From NCBI GenBank assembly GCA_965243395.1, contig CBDEUS010000001.1, positions 1,152,001 through 1,216,000 of the forward strand: 64,000 nt of DNA, in the 5' to 3' direction. Of the stretch, positions 43,790 through 53,871 are shown piece by piece. Under the pieces are notes generated by a model. The model was not told the DNA's origin, did no database searches, and worked only from the letters and a program-made list of their open reading frames with translations. Position numbers and translations under genes: made by a program. How positions within the stretch are numbered: the first letter of the stretch is position 1; each line of letters begins with the position of its first letter. The DNA comes from Gammaproteobacteria bacterium. Its GTDB lineage: Bacteria; Pseudomonadota; Gammaproteobacteria; UBA4575.

Positions 43790-45745
43790 ATGGAAGCTAA
43801 AGTAATTTGGCTTTTCATTTTCGTATTTCTCTACTGGGCTTATTGCATCTATTGGGGAGTAAAAGGTGCGATCTCTGCTAAAACCGCCAGTGATTATTTC
43901 ATAGCAGGACGCGGAATTTCGATTTGGGTCTTTGTTCTTGCTGCTACAGCGACTTCATTCTCGGGATGGACTTTTATGGGTCATCCGGGTCTTTTATATA
44001 GAGACGGCTTTCAATACGCTTATGCATCCTTTTATGCAATAACGATTCCGCTTACAGGTGTAGTTTTTCTTAAACGACAATGGATATTAGGCAAACGTTT
44101 TGGGTTTGTAACACCTGGAGAAATGTTGTCAACCTATTTTAAGTCTGACTCTATAAGATTATTAGTTGTTTTAGTCGCACTCGTATTCTCTATACCTTAT
44201 TTAGGTGTGCAACTACGCGCTTCAGGATTTTTATTCAACGTGCTTACTGACGGTTTGCTTGGGGTTAACGTAGGAATGTGGTTACTATCAGCAGTAGTCA
44301 TAATCTATGTTGCTTCGGGTGGATTAAGAGCAGTTGCCTATGTTGATACGCTTCAAGCGATTTTGCTGGCATTTGGTATTGTTGCAATTGGTTTTATTGC
44401 ATTGAACTATGTAGGTGGATTTGAAAAGTTAAATGAAGGTATTGCAGCACTATCTACTATAGATGATAAACGCACACCTGCAGACTACAGTCACTACATC
44501 GCGATACCTGGTGTAATTCAGTTTGTAAGTAATGGTCCATCTGCCACAGGTGGTGCATGGACCGGCATTATGATTTTAACTTACATGTTTGCACTCATGG
44601 GTATTCAGTCTGCGCCTGCGTTTTCTATGTGGGCGTTTTCTAACAACGACCCTAAACCATTTGCACCACAGCAAGTTTGGGCATCTTCGTTTGCAATTGG
44701 CTTGATCATGATGGTATTTACTGCAATCCAGGGAATGAGTGGACATTTCCTTGGAGGAGATTTGAATTTCCTGGCAGCGCATCCTGAACTCGTAAACAAT
44801 GTGATGGCTGAAGGACTTCAAGGAAAAGATTTAATGGAGTCTGCTGGTAAACAAGGAATGTTAGTACCACAACTGATTCATTTATTAGGTGATACTGTTC
44901 CTTGGTTTGTGGGTTTGTTGGCCGTGTGCGCATTAGCAGCGATGCAATCAACTGGCGCTGCCTATATGTCTACTGCAGGTGGAATGTTGACGCGTGACAT
45001 TTTAAAAAGATATGCCATGCCGCACGCAACACATAAGCAACAAATCTTTTGGGGACGAGTTGGAGTTGTGTTAATCGTTCTCGCAGCATTAGTTGTAGCT
45101 ACCACTAGTAAAGACGCTCTTGTATTACTGGGTGGTTTAGCTGTCGCTTATGGTTTTCAAATGTGGCCAGCTCTCATCGCAGTTTGCTGGTGGCCGTGGC
45201 TAACACGCCAAGGAGTCGTAATTGGCCTCATCGCTGGTTTAATAGCTGTAACATTAACTGAAAGTATCGGCTCCCAATACATGCCTTGGGGAAGATGGCC
45301 CTGGACAATACATTCCGCAGGCTGGGGCATTTTCTTTAATTTGGGCTTAGCAATAATCATATCTGCCATGACGCAGTCAAATAACGATATGTCACATAAA
45401 ATGAAGTTTCACAATTTTTTGCGTGAACATACTGCTACAACAATGGCACATAGACAAAACTTAAAACCCATTGCTTGGATTATTGTTTTAGTTTGGTTCT
45501 TCTTTGGTATTGGTCCTGGCGCTGTGATTGGAAATACGATTTTTGGTAATCCTAATGATTCAACTTCTTGGATATTTGGAATGCCTTCAATTTGGGCCTG
45601 GCAACTCCTGTGGTGGGCCATCGGTGTCTTCATGATGTGGTTCTTAGCTTACAAAATGGGAATGTCTACGGTTCCTGATAAGGCAATTGAAGTTTTATAC
45701 GATGATATTGGTGATGTTGAAGATGCATCGTTAGATAATAAGTAA
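43790..45745 (+). CDS. Sodium:solute symporter family protein
   Basis: DYFIAGR, ATSFSGWTFMGHPG, GGLRAVAYVD, LAAMQST; many TM helices. Confidence 0.9.
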   Translation: MEAKVIWLFIFVFLYWAYCIYWGVKGAISAKTASDYFIAGRGISIWVFVLAATATSFSGWTFMGHPGLLYRDGFQYAYASFYAITIPLTGVVFLKRQWILGKRFGFVTPGEMLSTYFKSDSIRLLVVLVALVFSIPYLGVQLRASGFLFNVLTDGLLGVNVGMWLLSAVVIIYVASGGLRAVAYVDTLQAILLAFGIVAIGFIALNYVGGFEKLNEGIAALSTIDDKRTPADYSHYIAIPGVIQFVSNGPSATGGAWTGIMILTYMFALMGIQSAPAFSMWAFSNNDPKPFAPQQVWASSFAIGLIMMVFTAIQGMSGHFLGGDLNFLAAHPELVNNVMAEGLQGKDLMESAGKQGMLVPQLIHLLGDTVPWFVGLLAVCALAAMQSTGAAYMSTAGGMLTRDILKRYAMPHATHKQQIFWGRVGVVLIVLAALVVATTSKDALVLLGGLAVAYGFQMWPALIAVCWWPWLTRQGVVIGLIAGLIAVTLTESIGSQYMPWGRWPWTIHSAGWGIFFNLGLAIIISAMTQSNNDMSHKMKFHNFLREHTATTMAHRQNLKPIAWIIVLVWFFFGIGPGAVIGNTIFGNPNDSTSWIFGMPSIWAWQLLWWAIGVFMMWFLAYKMGMSTVPDKAIEVLYDDIGDVEDASLDNK

Positions 45746-45762
45746 ACCATTTTTATCAATTC

Positions 45763-45990
45763 TTGAATTACTACTTCTTACTGTCTTTTCTTATTCTTGC
45801 CGTACTATTATTCATTCCTGTTAGCAAGCTGGTTTGGGTTACGAGTGTGCGCCGACTTGAAAAGAAAAATAACTCTAAACTATCTGAATCCGAAGTTAAG
45901 GGTCAGTTAAAACGTGCACGTATTATTGCAATTTTAATAGTTTTAGTTTTTTCATACTTGTTCAATTTAAGTTTAGGTATTCAGCCATAA
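45763..45990 (+). CDS. Small 2-TM membrane protein
   Basis: Two hydrophobic helices with a basic loop; stop overlaps the next ATG (TAATG). Confidence 0.7.
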   Translation: MNYYFLLSFLILAVLLFIPVSKLVWVTSVRRLEKKNNSKLSESEVKGQLKRARIIAILIVLVFSYLFNLSLGIQP

Positions 45991-46568
45991 TGGAAAAAAC
46001 ACATTACAACTATTTAACTCGTGCAGCTTTATTACTAACTATAATATTTATTGGATGGTCTATTTATGATGGCGCATTAAAAGAAAAAACTTTAGGCGAA
46101 AGTACTTATCATGCCGCTAATAAATATTTTGAAGACGGCAGATATAAAGACGCTCTTCAATCATATAAACAAGCTGTAATTGATAACCCCAATTTGATTC
46201 ACGCGCATAGAGGAATCGCACGCTCATTAATGCAGCTTGGGCAACATAAAGAAGCATTACAAAAGTTTGATGAAGTCATTAATGAAGAGCCTGAATTTGG
46301 AGCTAGCTATGCAAATCGCGGGATCCTGAATGACCGAATAGGTAATTATGAAGCGGCCATTAGAGACTATGAAAAAGCTATAAAGCTAGACCCTAAATTA
46401 TCAGAAGGCCCTTCATGGATAACACGATTCCTTAGAAATCAAGCAGAGAAACCGCCTACAATAATAGATCGATTAACTTATTTGCAATCTGAAATGCAAA
46501 AACCAAAACATCAACGTCTATTAAAAATACCTGAGAAAGATAAACAGCAAAGGCCTTATAAGCTCTAG
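45990..46568 (+). CDS. Membrane-anchored TPR protein
   Basis: N-terminal TM and three TPR-like repeats (e.g. YANRGILNDRIGNYEAAIRDYEKAIKLDP). Confidence 0.85.
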   Translation: MEKTHYNYLTRAALLLTIIFIGWSIYDGALKEKTLGESTYHAANKYFEDGRYKDALQSYKQAVIDNPNLIHAHRGIARSLMQLGQHKEALQKFDEVINEEPEFGASYANRGILNDRIGNYEAAIRDYEKAIKLDPKLSEGPSWITRFLRNQAEKPPTIIDRLTYLQSEMQKPKHQRLLKIPEKDKQQRPYKL

Positions 46569-46729
46569 ATCAACTTAAATATATCGATAAACAAAACTCG
46601 CAAGCAAAATAATAACGCAATACAACCAAATAATAGATGTACAAAATTGCTATCGCCATTTACATCACGGTAAGTTAAACCGTGAAAAGCAATTGCAGCC
46701 GTTACTATTACAAATACCCAATCAAACAC
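46565..46729 (-). CDS. Small 2-TM membrane protein (54 aa), below the ORF-track cutoff
   Basis: GTG overlaps the upstream stop (TAGTG); MFDWVFVIVTAAIAFHGLTYRDVNGDSNFVHLLFGCIALLFCLRVLFIDIFKLI*; exactly fills the gap. Confidence 0.65.
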   Translation of the reverse strand: MFDWVFVIVTAAIAFHGLTYRDVNGDSNFVHLLFGCIALLFCLRVLFIDIFKLI

Positions 46730-47493
46730 TATTCGACTTTATAAAGTGAAACTGCATTTTTGTATAAGATATTTTCAACATCAGCTTGATCAAAATTATT
46801 CAATATAATTTCAATATCTTTACTATTAAATGGTCTTGGAGCACGAGTAGACGGGAGATCTGTGCCAAACATAAGACAATGAGTATTCACAGAGTATAAC
46901 TTTTGTAGAGCATTGGTCACATCAAAATCAACACGCCCAAATCCCGATGCTTTTACACGCACTCCTTTACTCGCAAGCTTTAATAGTTCGTTGAAACCTG
47001 ATTTTGTTAGCCCCAAATGATCAATAGATACTGAAGGTAACTTAATCAATTCTTGATACAAATCCATTAAATCATTTGAATCCAGGTACAATTCTATGTG
47101 CCAACCCGCAATTTCGTACACTCGATGTGCCAAATTGACTAACTCACTCATTTTGAAATTATTCAGTCTTTTCAAATTAAAACGAATAGCACGCACTCCA
47201 AGTTCATGTAAATCTGATATCTCATCGTCAAAAATGTTAGGTGATACTTGTATTACACCCACATAAGCAGGCCCAAGTTCTTTCAGTGCAGCTTTTAAAT
47301 AGTTTTGATCATATCCTTGAAAAGACCCGGAAATTACAGCACCTCCTATCAGGTTAACTCCCTCTAATTGAGATAAATACTCATTACAAGAGAAATTGTT
47401 GGGTAAATATCCATTATTCTCCACAAGCGCAAAGCGAGGGTCTATAATATGAAAATGGGCATCGAATATACGAATGTCTTTATATAAGTACAA
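46729..47493 (-). CDS. Amidohydrolase_2 family protein (LigI / 2-pyrone-4,6-dicarboxylate lactonase-like)
   Basis: FDAHFH, GVRAIRFN, IDHLG, VKASGFGR, MFGTDLP. Confidence 0.82.
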   Translation of the reverse strand: MYLYKDIRIFDAHFHIIDPRFALVENNGYLPNNFSCNEYLSQLEGVNLIGGAVISGSFQGYDQNYLKAALKELGPAYVGVIQVSPNIFDDEISDLHELGVRAIRFNLKRLNNFKMSELVNLAHRVYEIAGWHIELYLDSNDLMDLYQELIKLPSVSIDHLGLTKSGFNELLKLASKGVRVKASGFGRVDFDVTNALQKLYSVNTHCLMFGTDLPSTRAPRPFNSKDIEIILNNFDQADVENILYKNAVSLYKVE

Positions 47494-47548
47494 AATTTCG
47501 AATCAATCTGTATCTACAAAATTATAATTATAACTTGAGGAGTAAATC

Positions 47549-47938
47549 ATGGCAGATGATAACAAAGCAAAGATATTAAAAATCTTTTTAATTGTTACCG
47601 GAATATTCTTTATTGTTGGAATTTATCCAATGATGAATATTATCGCACCAGAAAGCTGGGGATGGACGCCAAGACAAAGCGAATATGAAGAGATGATTAT
47701 CGTCATCTATGCAACACTGGGAGTATTCTTAATACTTGCCGCTAAAAATCCTAGCGAACATCGAAGCCTGTTATGGTTTACAGTTTGGTCCAGTATTGCA
47801 CATGGTGGCATCATGGCTTATCAAGCTATTACGAGTGAAGGTGGGCATGAACACGCTAATTTATTTGGAGATGTGCCTGCTTTGTTTGCAGTTGCGATTA
47901 TTCTTTGGTTTTTAATGCCCAAACGCACAGATGCGTGA
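47549..47938 (+). CDS. Small multi-pass membrane protein (DUF6632-like)
   Basis: WGW...YATLGVFLILAAKNP.EHRSL.WFTVWSS.AHG; GAGGAG RBS. Confidence 0.75.
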   Translation: MADDNKAKILKIFLIVTGIFFIVGIYPMMNIIAPESWGWTPRQSEYEEMIIVIYATLGVFLILAAKNPSEHRSLLWFTVWSSIAHGGIMAYQAITSEGGHEHANLFGDVPALFAVAIILWFLMPKRTDA

Positions 47939-48007
47939 GTATTTGTTGCATCAGGGATGATGCAAACATTTTCACGCTTCAGATATTTGTGCGAAGCAGT
48001 AGTAACA

Positions 48008-48943
48008 TCAACTAAGGGCTAAATCATAATTAGCTGAGCAGTCCCACCTACATTCCTTTCGAAACCTGTCAGTAAGGAAGTCAATAAAACTCCTCACTTT
48101 TAGCGGTAAGTGCTTTTGGTGTGGATAAACTGCATATATTGGACTGGTATTTGGAGAAATCTCATGTTTTTTCAGAATCTCTTTTAATACACCTTGCTTG
48201 AGTTCGCCCCCAACAATCCAATGTGGAACGCAGATTATTCCAAGTCCTGCTATTGCAGCAGAAACCAAGGATTCCCCATCATCGACAACCACAGGTCCAG
48301 AAACTTTTATAGGTGTCGCTCCACGATTATTTTTAAACTTCCATACATGGCTACGATAATGTGAACCAAAATTAATACAGCTATGTCCCAGTAAATTCTC
48401 AGGAACTTTAGGTACATTGTTTTCCTTTAGGTATTTAGGACTGGCACAAATAACAATTCGAGCATCCGCAATTTTTTTTGCAATAAAACTAGAATCACTT
48501 AATTCGCCAACACGAATGGCTAAATCAATACCTTCATCTACGATATCAAGGTACTGATCGGAAACTATCATAGTTATTTTTACTGCAGGAAATTGTTTTT
48601 GATAGGCAGCTATCGCTGGAACGATGTGCCTTCGACTTAATCCCGCAGGAGCAGTAACACGAAGTACGCCACTCGGTGCTCCATCAATTTGTGAAACTGC
48701 CAGCTCGGCTTCATCTACCGCCTGAAGGATATTAGTGGCGTGATCGTGGAAAATGACTCCTGCCTCGGTCAAATTTAGCTTTCGAGTTGTCCGATGAAAT
48801 AACCTTGCACCAAGCTGATTTTCAATCTCATTAATCTGACGTGATACAGAAGATGGTGCTATATCGAGCTGTCTTCCAGCAGCAGAAAAGCTACCGGTTT
48901 CTACAACTCGTACAAACGACCTTAACGATTCCAAGTTTTCCAT
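48008..48943 (-). CDS. LysR-family regulator (CrgA-like)
   Basis: GSFSAAGRQL..SSVSRQI..LGARLFHRTTRKLNLTEAG; DEGIDLAIRVG. Confidence 0.93.
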   Translation of the reverse strand: MENLESLRSFVRVVETGSFSAAGRQLDIAPSSVSRQINEIENQLGARLFHRTTRKLNLTEAGVIFHDHATNILQAVDEAELAVSQIDGAPSGVLRVTAPAGLSRRHIVPAIAAYQKQFPAVKITMIVSDQYLDIVDEGIDLAIRVGELSDSSFIAKKIADARIVICASPKYLKENNVPKVPENLLGHSCINFGSHYRSHVWKFKNNRGATPIKVSGPVVVDDGESLVSAAIAGLGIICVPHWIVGGELKQGVLKEILKKHEISPNTSPIYAVYPHQKHLPLKVRSFIDFLTDRFRKECRWDCSANYDLALS

Positions 48944-49056
48944 GAATTTATCTTTGCGTATTATGCATAAATGTTTATCAGAATATGCTGTTTATTGCAA
49001 TAGGTAATTTCTCTATTCTGTACCCATATTATTTAAATTACTCAAATGAGGTATTT

Positions 49057-49791
49057 ATGATGTTACAAAATGAAACAGTATTAATTACGGGTGCATCAAG
49101 TGGAATTGGGCTTGATATAGCACGAGGATTTTACGAGCAAGGTGCAAACCTTGTACTCAATTCACGCAACGAAGAAAAATTGAGAGAAGCTGCTAGTAGA
49201 CTTGGTTCTCCAAATAGAATCTTAGAAGTGCCTGGTAATATTGGTGATCCTGCTACAGGAAAATCAATAGTTAAAGCAGCGTTAAATCAATTTGGAACGA
49301 TTGATGTTCTGGTTAATAACGCAGGCACATTTGAAGTAAAGCCTTTTTTGCAGAATTCAGAAGAAGATATCGATCACTTTATTGATGGCAACTTGAAAGG
49401 CACGTACTTTGTCAGTCAAGCCGTTGTAAAAGCCATGAAAGAACAAGGTGGTGGTTCAATTATAAACATAGGAACCGTACTGGTAGACCACCCTTCAGCA
49501 AGTGTACCCGCATCAGCTGCATTAATTTCTAAAGGTGGAATTCATGCACTTACTAAAAGCTTAGCTGCAGAACTTGCTAAAGATAATATTAGAGTAAATC
49601 TAGTTGCGCCCGGTGTTATCCGCACCCCTCTTCATACTGATGAAGTAGATGAATTTGGAGAAGTTGCTCTAATGAATCGTGTAGGTGAGGTACAAGAGAT
49701 TACGGATGCAGTATTACATCTCGCATCTGCAACATTTACCACAGGAGTAGAACTTGCCGTTGATGGCGGATATCTACACGGTAGAGCATAA
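49057..49791 (+). CDS. SDR oxidoreductase lacking the catalytic Tyr
   Basis: TGASSGIG, LVNNAG, LISKGG in place of YxxxK; ATG 49057 follows GAGG. Confidence 0.88.
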   Translation: MMLQNETVLITGASSGIGLDIARGFYEQGANLVLNSRNEEKLREAASRLGSPNRILEVPGNIGDPATGKSIVKAALNQFGTIDVLVNNAGTFEVKPFLQNSEEDIDHFIDGNLKGTYFVSQAVVKAMKEQGGGSIINIGTVLVDHPSASVPASAALISKGGIHALTKSLAAELAKDNIRVNLVAPGVIRTPLHTDEVDEFGEVALMNRVGEVQEITDAVLHLASATFTTGVELAVDGGYLHGRA

Positions 49792-49820
49792 ATTTATTAA
49801 TCAAATAAAAGGAGAAAACT

Positions 49821-50018
49821 ATGCCATATGTAAATTTCAAGCTAACGCCTGAAGGACTAACAAGGTCTAAAAAAGAAACTCTAATAAAAAAGGTGACCGA
49901 GCTACTGGTAACAGAGCTTGATAAGAAACCTGAAACAACATTTGTAACGATAGAAGAAGTCGATACAGATAATTGGGGAATTGGCGGAGTTCCGGTAACT
50001 GAGATTCGAAGAAAATGA
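49821..50018 (+). CDS. 4-oxalocrotonate tautomerase family protein
   Basis: MPYV (catalytic Pro1), NWGIGG. Confidence 0.9.
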   Translation: MPYVNFKLTPEGLTRSKKETLIKKVTELLVTELDKKPETTFVTIEEVDTDNWGIGGVPVTEIRRK

Positions 50019-50123
50019 CCAATAGTATGTTAGCTGGTTTTATTGATTGCAGGATTGGGGACGCTTGTAATACCTAGCGCAGAAATCCTAGCTTGAAATA
50101 GAAAAACTGATTATAATTTAATC

Positions 50124-50360
50124 ATGCATGCATTTGTAACCATTTTATTTGCTGTCGTAACAGCATTTCTAGTTGCTGGAATACTTGCACTTATCAAAAT
50201 AGGTTCAAGTGCACTTTTGCGATTTGTTGACAAAAGATGGAAATCAACCGGAGTGATAATACTTATTTTATGTTGGGTATTATTATTACCTGTTATGGTT
50301 TTAGTAAGTATTGTTGTTGGATTCTATTTATACCTTACTGTTAAACCATCTTACGTTTAG
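50124..50360 (+). CDS. Small hydrophobic membrane protein
   Basis: 78 aa, two long hydrophobic segments. Confidence 0.6.
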   Translation: MHAFVTILFAVVTAFLVAGILALIKIGSSALLRFVDKRWKSTGVIILILCWVLLLPVMVLVSIVVGFYLYLTVKPSYV

Positions 50361-50397
50361 CGTCCTTAGCACTTTTTTAGTATTTATTATTCGCTGT

Positions 50398-50784
50398 CTA
50401 TAACGAGTCAAAATCATGCACTCTAATTTTTTTTGATAATGGCTTTATTATGTTTTTTACTGTTTCTTTATGTTTTGGATGAATTAAATATCGATTCATA
50501 GCTTTTGTATCATCGAAAATCATATATATACCGATATCAAAACTATCATCAACAATCTTTCGATCACTCGAAATTGACTCTCCTACCCGAAGTTGTTTGA
50601 GTTCTTTAATTTCCTTTAATTGCTGGGTTGCTTCTATTATTTTTTGAACATGCTGTTCATTTTGAGGCTCCTTCAACCACACTAATACAATATGCACAAC
50701 CTGAGTATCTGAAGTACTATTTAACAACGATGAGCACGCTGCCAGACTTAAAATAAAAATCAAAAGTATCGAAGTACGTAACAT
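50398..50784 (-). CDS. Dabb (stress-responsive A/B barrel) lipoprotein
   Basis: Lipobox LAAC, HIVLVWLK, YLIHPKH; ATG at 50784 coupled to the pdsS stop. Confidence 0.8.
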   Translation of the reverse strand: MLRTSILLIFILSLAACSSLLNSTSDTQVVHIVLVWLKEPQNEQHVQKIIEATQQLKEIKELKQLRVGESISSDRKIVDDSFDIGIYMIFDDTKAMNRYLIHPKHKETVKNIIKPLSKKIRVHDFDSL

Positions 50785-52970
50785 TAAATCGTTTTTGTAG
50801 AAGATGAAACTGGTAACCATATAGAAGCAATCACCCCAGTTTTATTAAAATTATTTTCAATTGTGATATACCCTTGATGAAACTCGGCGATTATACGAGC
50901 AATATATAAACCAATACCTAGGTGGGTCTCCCGTTGCTTGTTTTGTTCTCGTACTGAAACCATTGATTCAAAAAGTCTCCCTTGCATTTCATCCGTAAGT
51001 AATGGGCCTATATTTTCTATAGTTAACTTTGCCTGCCCCATTTCTTTGCTAAGAGCAATATTTATTTCATCTTCTTGTGAACTAAATTCGACCGCATTAG
51101 CAACCACTTTATCTATTAGCTGCGCAATATTCTCTGGTACGCCATTTACTTGCAGGTCAATATTACATATATCTGTCGAAAATAAATTTTCACCATATGC
51201 AGATCGATAACCTGCTATACATCCATTTACTAATTCGGTTAAATTAAACAACTCTTTCTCACTTGACTGTAGCGAATACTCTAATTGTGTCGCTTCACTC
51301 ATATTAGTAAGAATAGTGTTCAATCGTTTAATACCTTCTTGCGCACGTTCCATATAGACTTTAGCTTCTTTATCATGTTCTAGCATTGCTAAATTATCTA
51401 AGGAAGAACGAACGACTGTAACTGGGGTGCGAAATTCATGCGAAAGACGCGACGTCATATTTTCCAAGTAACTATTATATTGTCCTAAACGACTAACGAT
51501 ATTGGAAAAACTTCTAGATAAATCACCGATCTCATCCTGTACGGTTGAACCTTTGAAGCTTGTATGAATTCTGCCCTGCTCATCAATTGCCTGTTCAGCT
51601 TGTGTGCGTAATTTACGAATACGGTAAGAAATTCGAGACGCAAATAAAAATAAGGCTAATGTGCTAACTAGCATTACTGCCAAAATAACTGTAAACAACT
51701 TTTCCAATGCTTTATTTCGTATTGTGCGAATTCCATTTGTAGTTTCTTCTGCAACCACAACACCCATTACATTTTCATCCACCCAAATAGGATGTGCTGC
51801 AGACAATACGACAGCTTTTTTATCTGGTGTTAAATACCATGAAGACTCTACCTCTCCTTCAAGAGCTGAATTGATCTGCGAACCCACAAGTTCCGTAGCT
51901 TCTTCTAGTTCATCAATAAAATCTTGTGGAGGGCGTGTAAGCAATTGATAATAAAGTGGGTGTAAATATTTTTCTTCAAGCTGTTGCAACCAGGACATAG
52001 CAGTACGCTGGGAAGCTTTCGAATCTTCTATAGTTCCTGAGGCAGAACGAATGTCGCCAATTTTTGCTAGCACACGGCGTTTGGCGTCGATTACCCAAAT
52101 CCTTGAGTTTGAGCGGGCCAGACCTTTTAAAATTTGTTCAATTTCAGGAGACGGCACTAATACCGTACCTAGTTGATCAGATCGTTGAGTATTGGAAGTA
52201 CCAACAACATTAATAGTGTTACGCGTTAGCGAATCATCTACATCATAAATAGCAAAGCCTAACTTGCTGCCAATCATCTCTAATGGAATACGAATTTCTA
52301 TATTGTAACCCTGAGGTGTTTCTTTCCAATTACCTTGTATTTTATTTTCAGGACGTAATGGATATACGCTCCCTTCATCAGGTTCTGTAAGGAAAGCATT
52401 TACCCATCCTGGATTTTCATTTGAAATGATAAAGCGCTGAAATTGATTCTCTTTATCAAGAAAAGCTATATGCAAAGCATCATTACGATGCACATTAAAA
52501 GTATTTGCACTTTTATATACAATGTAATCATCGACCACTTCAAACATCACATATAAAAAGTTTTCGTACTTAACCACCATGTGATTAAAACTAAGTGATT
52601 TGGGTTTATAACTTTCTCTATTTTCTATTACAAAATCATTGCCATAAAATTGAGGTTGATATTGAAAGTTTTGCCATTCTTGCAAGTCCCCGTCTAATTG
52701 GATTGGAGTAGTAACATCAATAGCATATAAGTCTTTACCTTGGCGTACATCGCTTAAAAAACTTGCTTGTAAATTAAATAAATTAGGACGCTCGTGTAAT
52801 GCTGTTGCTGCTGCGCTTACAGTCCCCACTAATGTTTGTTCTTGCCCTTTACGCAAGTATTTTTCCATCTCCCAGACATATTTGTAACCCAACCATGGAA
52901 TAGCAAATAAAAAACTGGAAAGAAAAACCAGCTTTAGACGTAAGCCAAAACGAGGCTTTGGAAATTTCAT
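50784..52970 (-). CDS. pdsS: Proteobacterial dedicated sortase system histidine kinase
   Basis: IPWLGYKYVWEMEKYLR.GQEQTL, HAMP DEIGDLSRSF, RLSHEFRTP, HLGIGLYI. Confidence 0.9.
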   Translation of the reverse strand: MKFPKPRFGLRLKLVFLSSFLFAIPWLGYKYVWEMEKYLRKGQEQTLVGTVSAAATALHERPNLFNLQASFLSDVRQGKDLYAIDVTTPIQLDGDLQEWQNFQYQPQFYGNDFVIENRESYKPKSLSFNHMVVKYENFLYVMFEVVDDYIVYKSANTFNVHRNDALHIAFLDKENQFQRFIISNENPGWVNAFLTEPDEGSVYPLRPENKIQGNWKETPQGYNIEIRIPLEMIGSKLGFAIYDVDDSLTRNTINVVGTSNTQRSDQLGTVLVPSPEIEQILKGLARSNSRIWVIDAKRRVLAKIGDIRSASGTIEDSKASQRTAMSWLQQLEEKYLHPLYYQLLTRPPQDFIDELEEATELVGSQINSALEGEVESSWYLTPDKKAVVLSAAHPIWVDENVMGVVVAEETTNGIRTIRNKALEKLFTVILAVMLVSTLALFLFASRISYRIRKLRTQAEQAIDEQGRIHTSFKGSTVQDEIGDLSRSFSNIVSRLGQYNSYLENMTSRLSHEFRTPVTVVRSSLDNLAMLEHDKEAKVYMERAQEGIKRLNTILTNMSEATQLEYSLQSSEKELFNLTELVNGCIAGYRSAYGENLFSTDICNIDLQVNGVPENIAQLIDKVVANAVEFSSQEDEINIALSKEMGQAKLTIENIGPLLTDEMQGRLFESMVSVREQNKQRETHLGIGLYIARIIAEFHQGYITIENNFNKTGVIASIWLPVSSSTKTI

Positions 52971-52975
52971 GAATA

Positions 52976-53674
52976 TTAGTTGGTACTGTTGTTCCAGCGA
53001 TATCCCATACCATATACCGTTTCAATACAATCGAATGTTGCATCAATTTGTATAAATTTTTTACGAATACGTTTGATATGGGAAGTTATAGTACTGTCAT
53101 CAACCACCATTTGGGATTCCTGCATTAGTTGTTGCCGGTTCTTTACATGCCCAATATATTTTGCCAATGCATGCACCATCCAAAACTCAGTAACAGTTAG
53201 GTCTACCTTCTGATCTTTCCACTTTGCAACCATACGTTGCGAATCCATGGTTAAATCTCCTTGCTGTAGCTCCGCTTGATCTGAAACAGGTTCACGCATC
53301 GCATCTGAACGACGAAATAATGCAGCAATACGTGCTAGTAAATGTGGGAGACTAATATCCTTAGTTAAGTAATCATCTGCCCCAATGCGTAAACCGCTCA
53401 CCGTATCTACATCACTATCACGCGCAGTTAAAAATATAATAGGTAAAGCTTCAGACATCGAACGTAACGAATGGCACAATGTAAATCCTCCATCTACTTC
53501 ATCCTCCAAACCAATATCAATAATGGCTAAATCAGGCAAACGCTGCTCAAAAACGGCCATCGCATCTTTTCTATTTGCAAAAGTTTGTACAGTGTAACCT
53601 TGCTTACGCAGCACATCTGCATAATTCTCCCGCAGCGCATATTCATCTTCTATTACAGCTACTCGGCGGCTCAT
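52976..53674 (-). CDS. pdsR: Proteobacterial dedicated sortase system response regulator (OmpR/ChvI-like)
   Basis: LPDLAIIDIGL, DDYLTKDISLPHLLARI, VDDSTITSHIKRIRKKF. Confidence 0.92.
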   Translation of the reverse strand: MSRRVAVIEDEYALRENYADVLRKQGYTVQTFANRKDAMAVFEQRLPDLAIIDIGLEDEVDGGFTLCHSLRSMSEALPIIFLTARDSDVDTVSGLRIGADDYLTKDISLPHLLARIAALFRRSDAMREPVSDQAELQQGDLTMDSQRMVAKWKDQKVDLTVTEFWMVHALAKYIGHVKNRQQLMQESQMVVDDSTITSHIKRIRKKFIQIDATFDCIETVYGMGYRWNNSTN

Positions 53675-53758
53675 GAGGATACTTATATATGTGTATATCG
53701 ATATGTTTATAGCTAAAACTATACGGATTAATAGCCTGATAGCCAGGGTGCAGACCAG

Positions 53759-53829
53759 ATTGCCTTTTTGTTGACATATTTAAACAGCAAATTGCCCATT
53801 TTCTCGCCCAAAAACGTCATAGACGTTTT
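53759..53829 (+). promoter_or_regulatory. Candidate PdsR direct-repeat boxes and a palindrome upstream of pdsO
   Basis: TTGCC/TTGAC/TTGCC/TCGCC at 53760, 53771, 53792, 53804; AAAACGTC-ATA-GACGTTTT at 53811-53829. Confidence 0.45.
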
Positions 53830-53871
53830 ATTTAATGGTCTCAACGCAACTTAATCTACATGAGGCTATAT

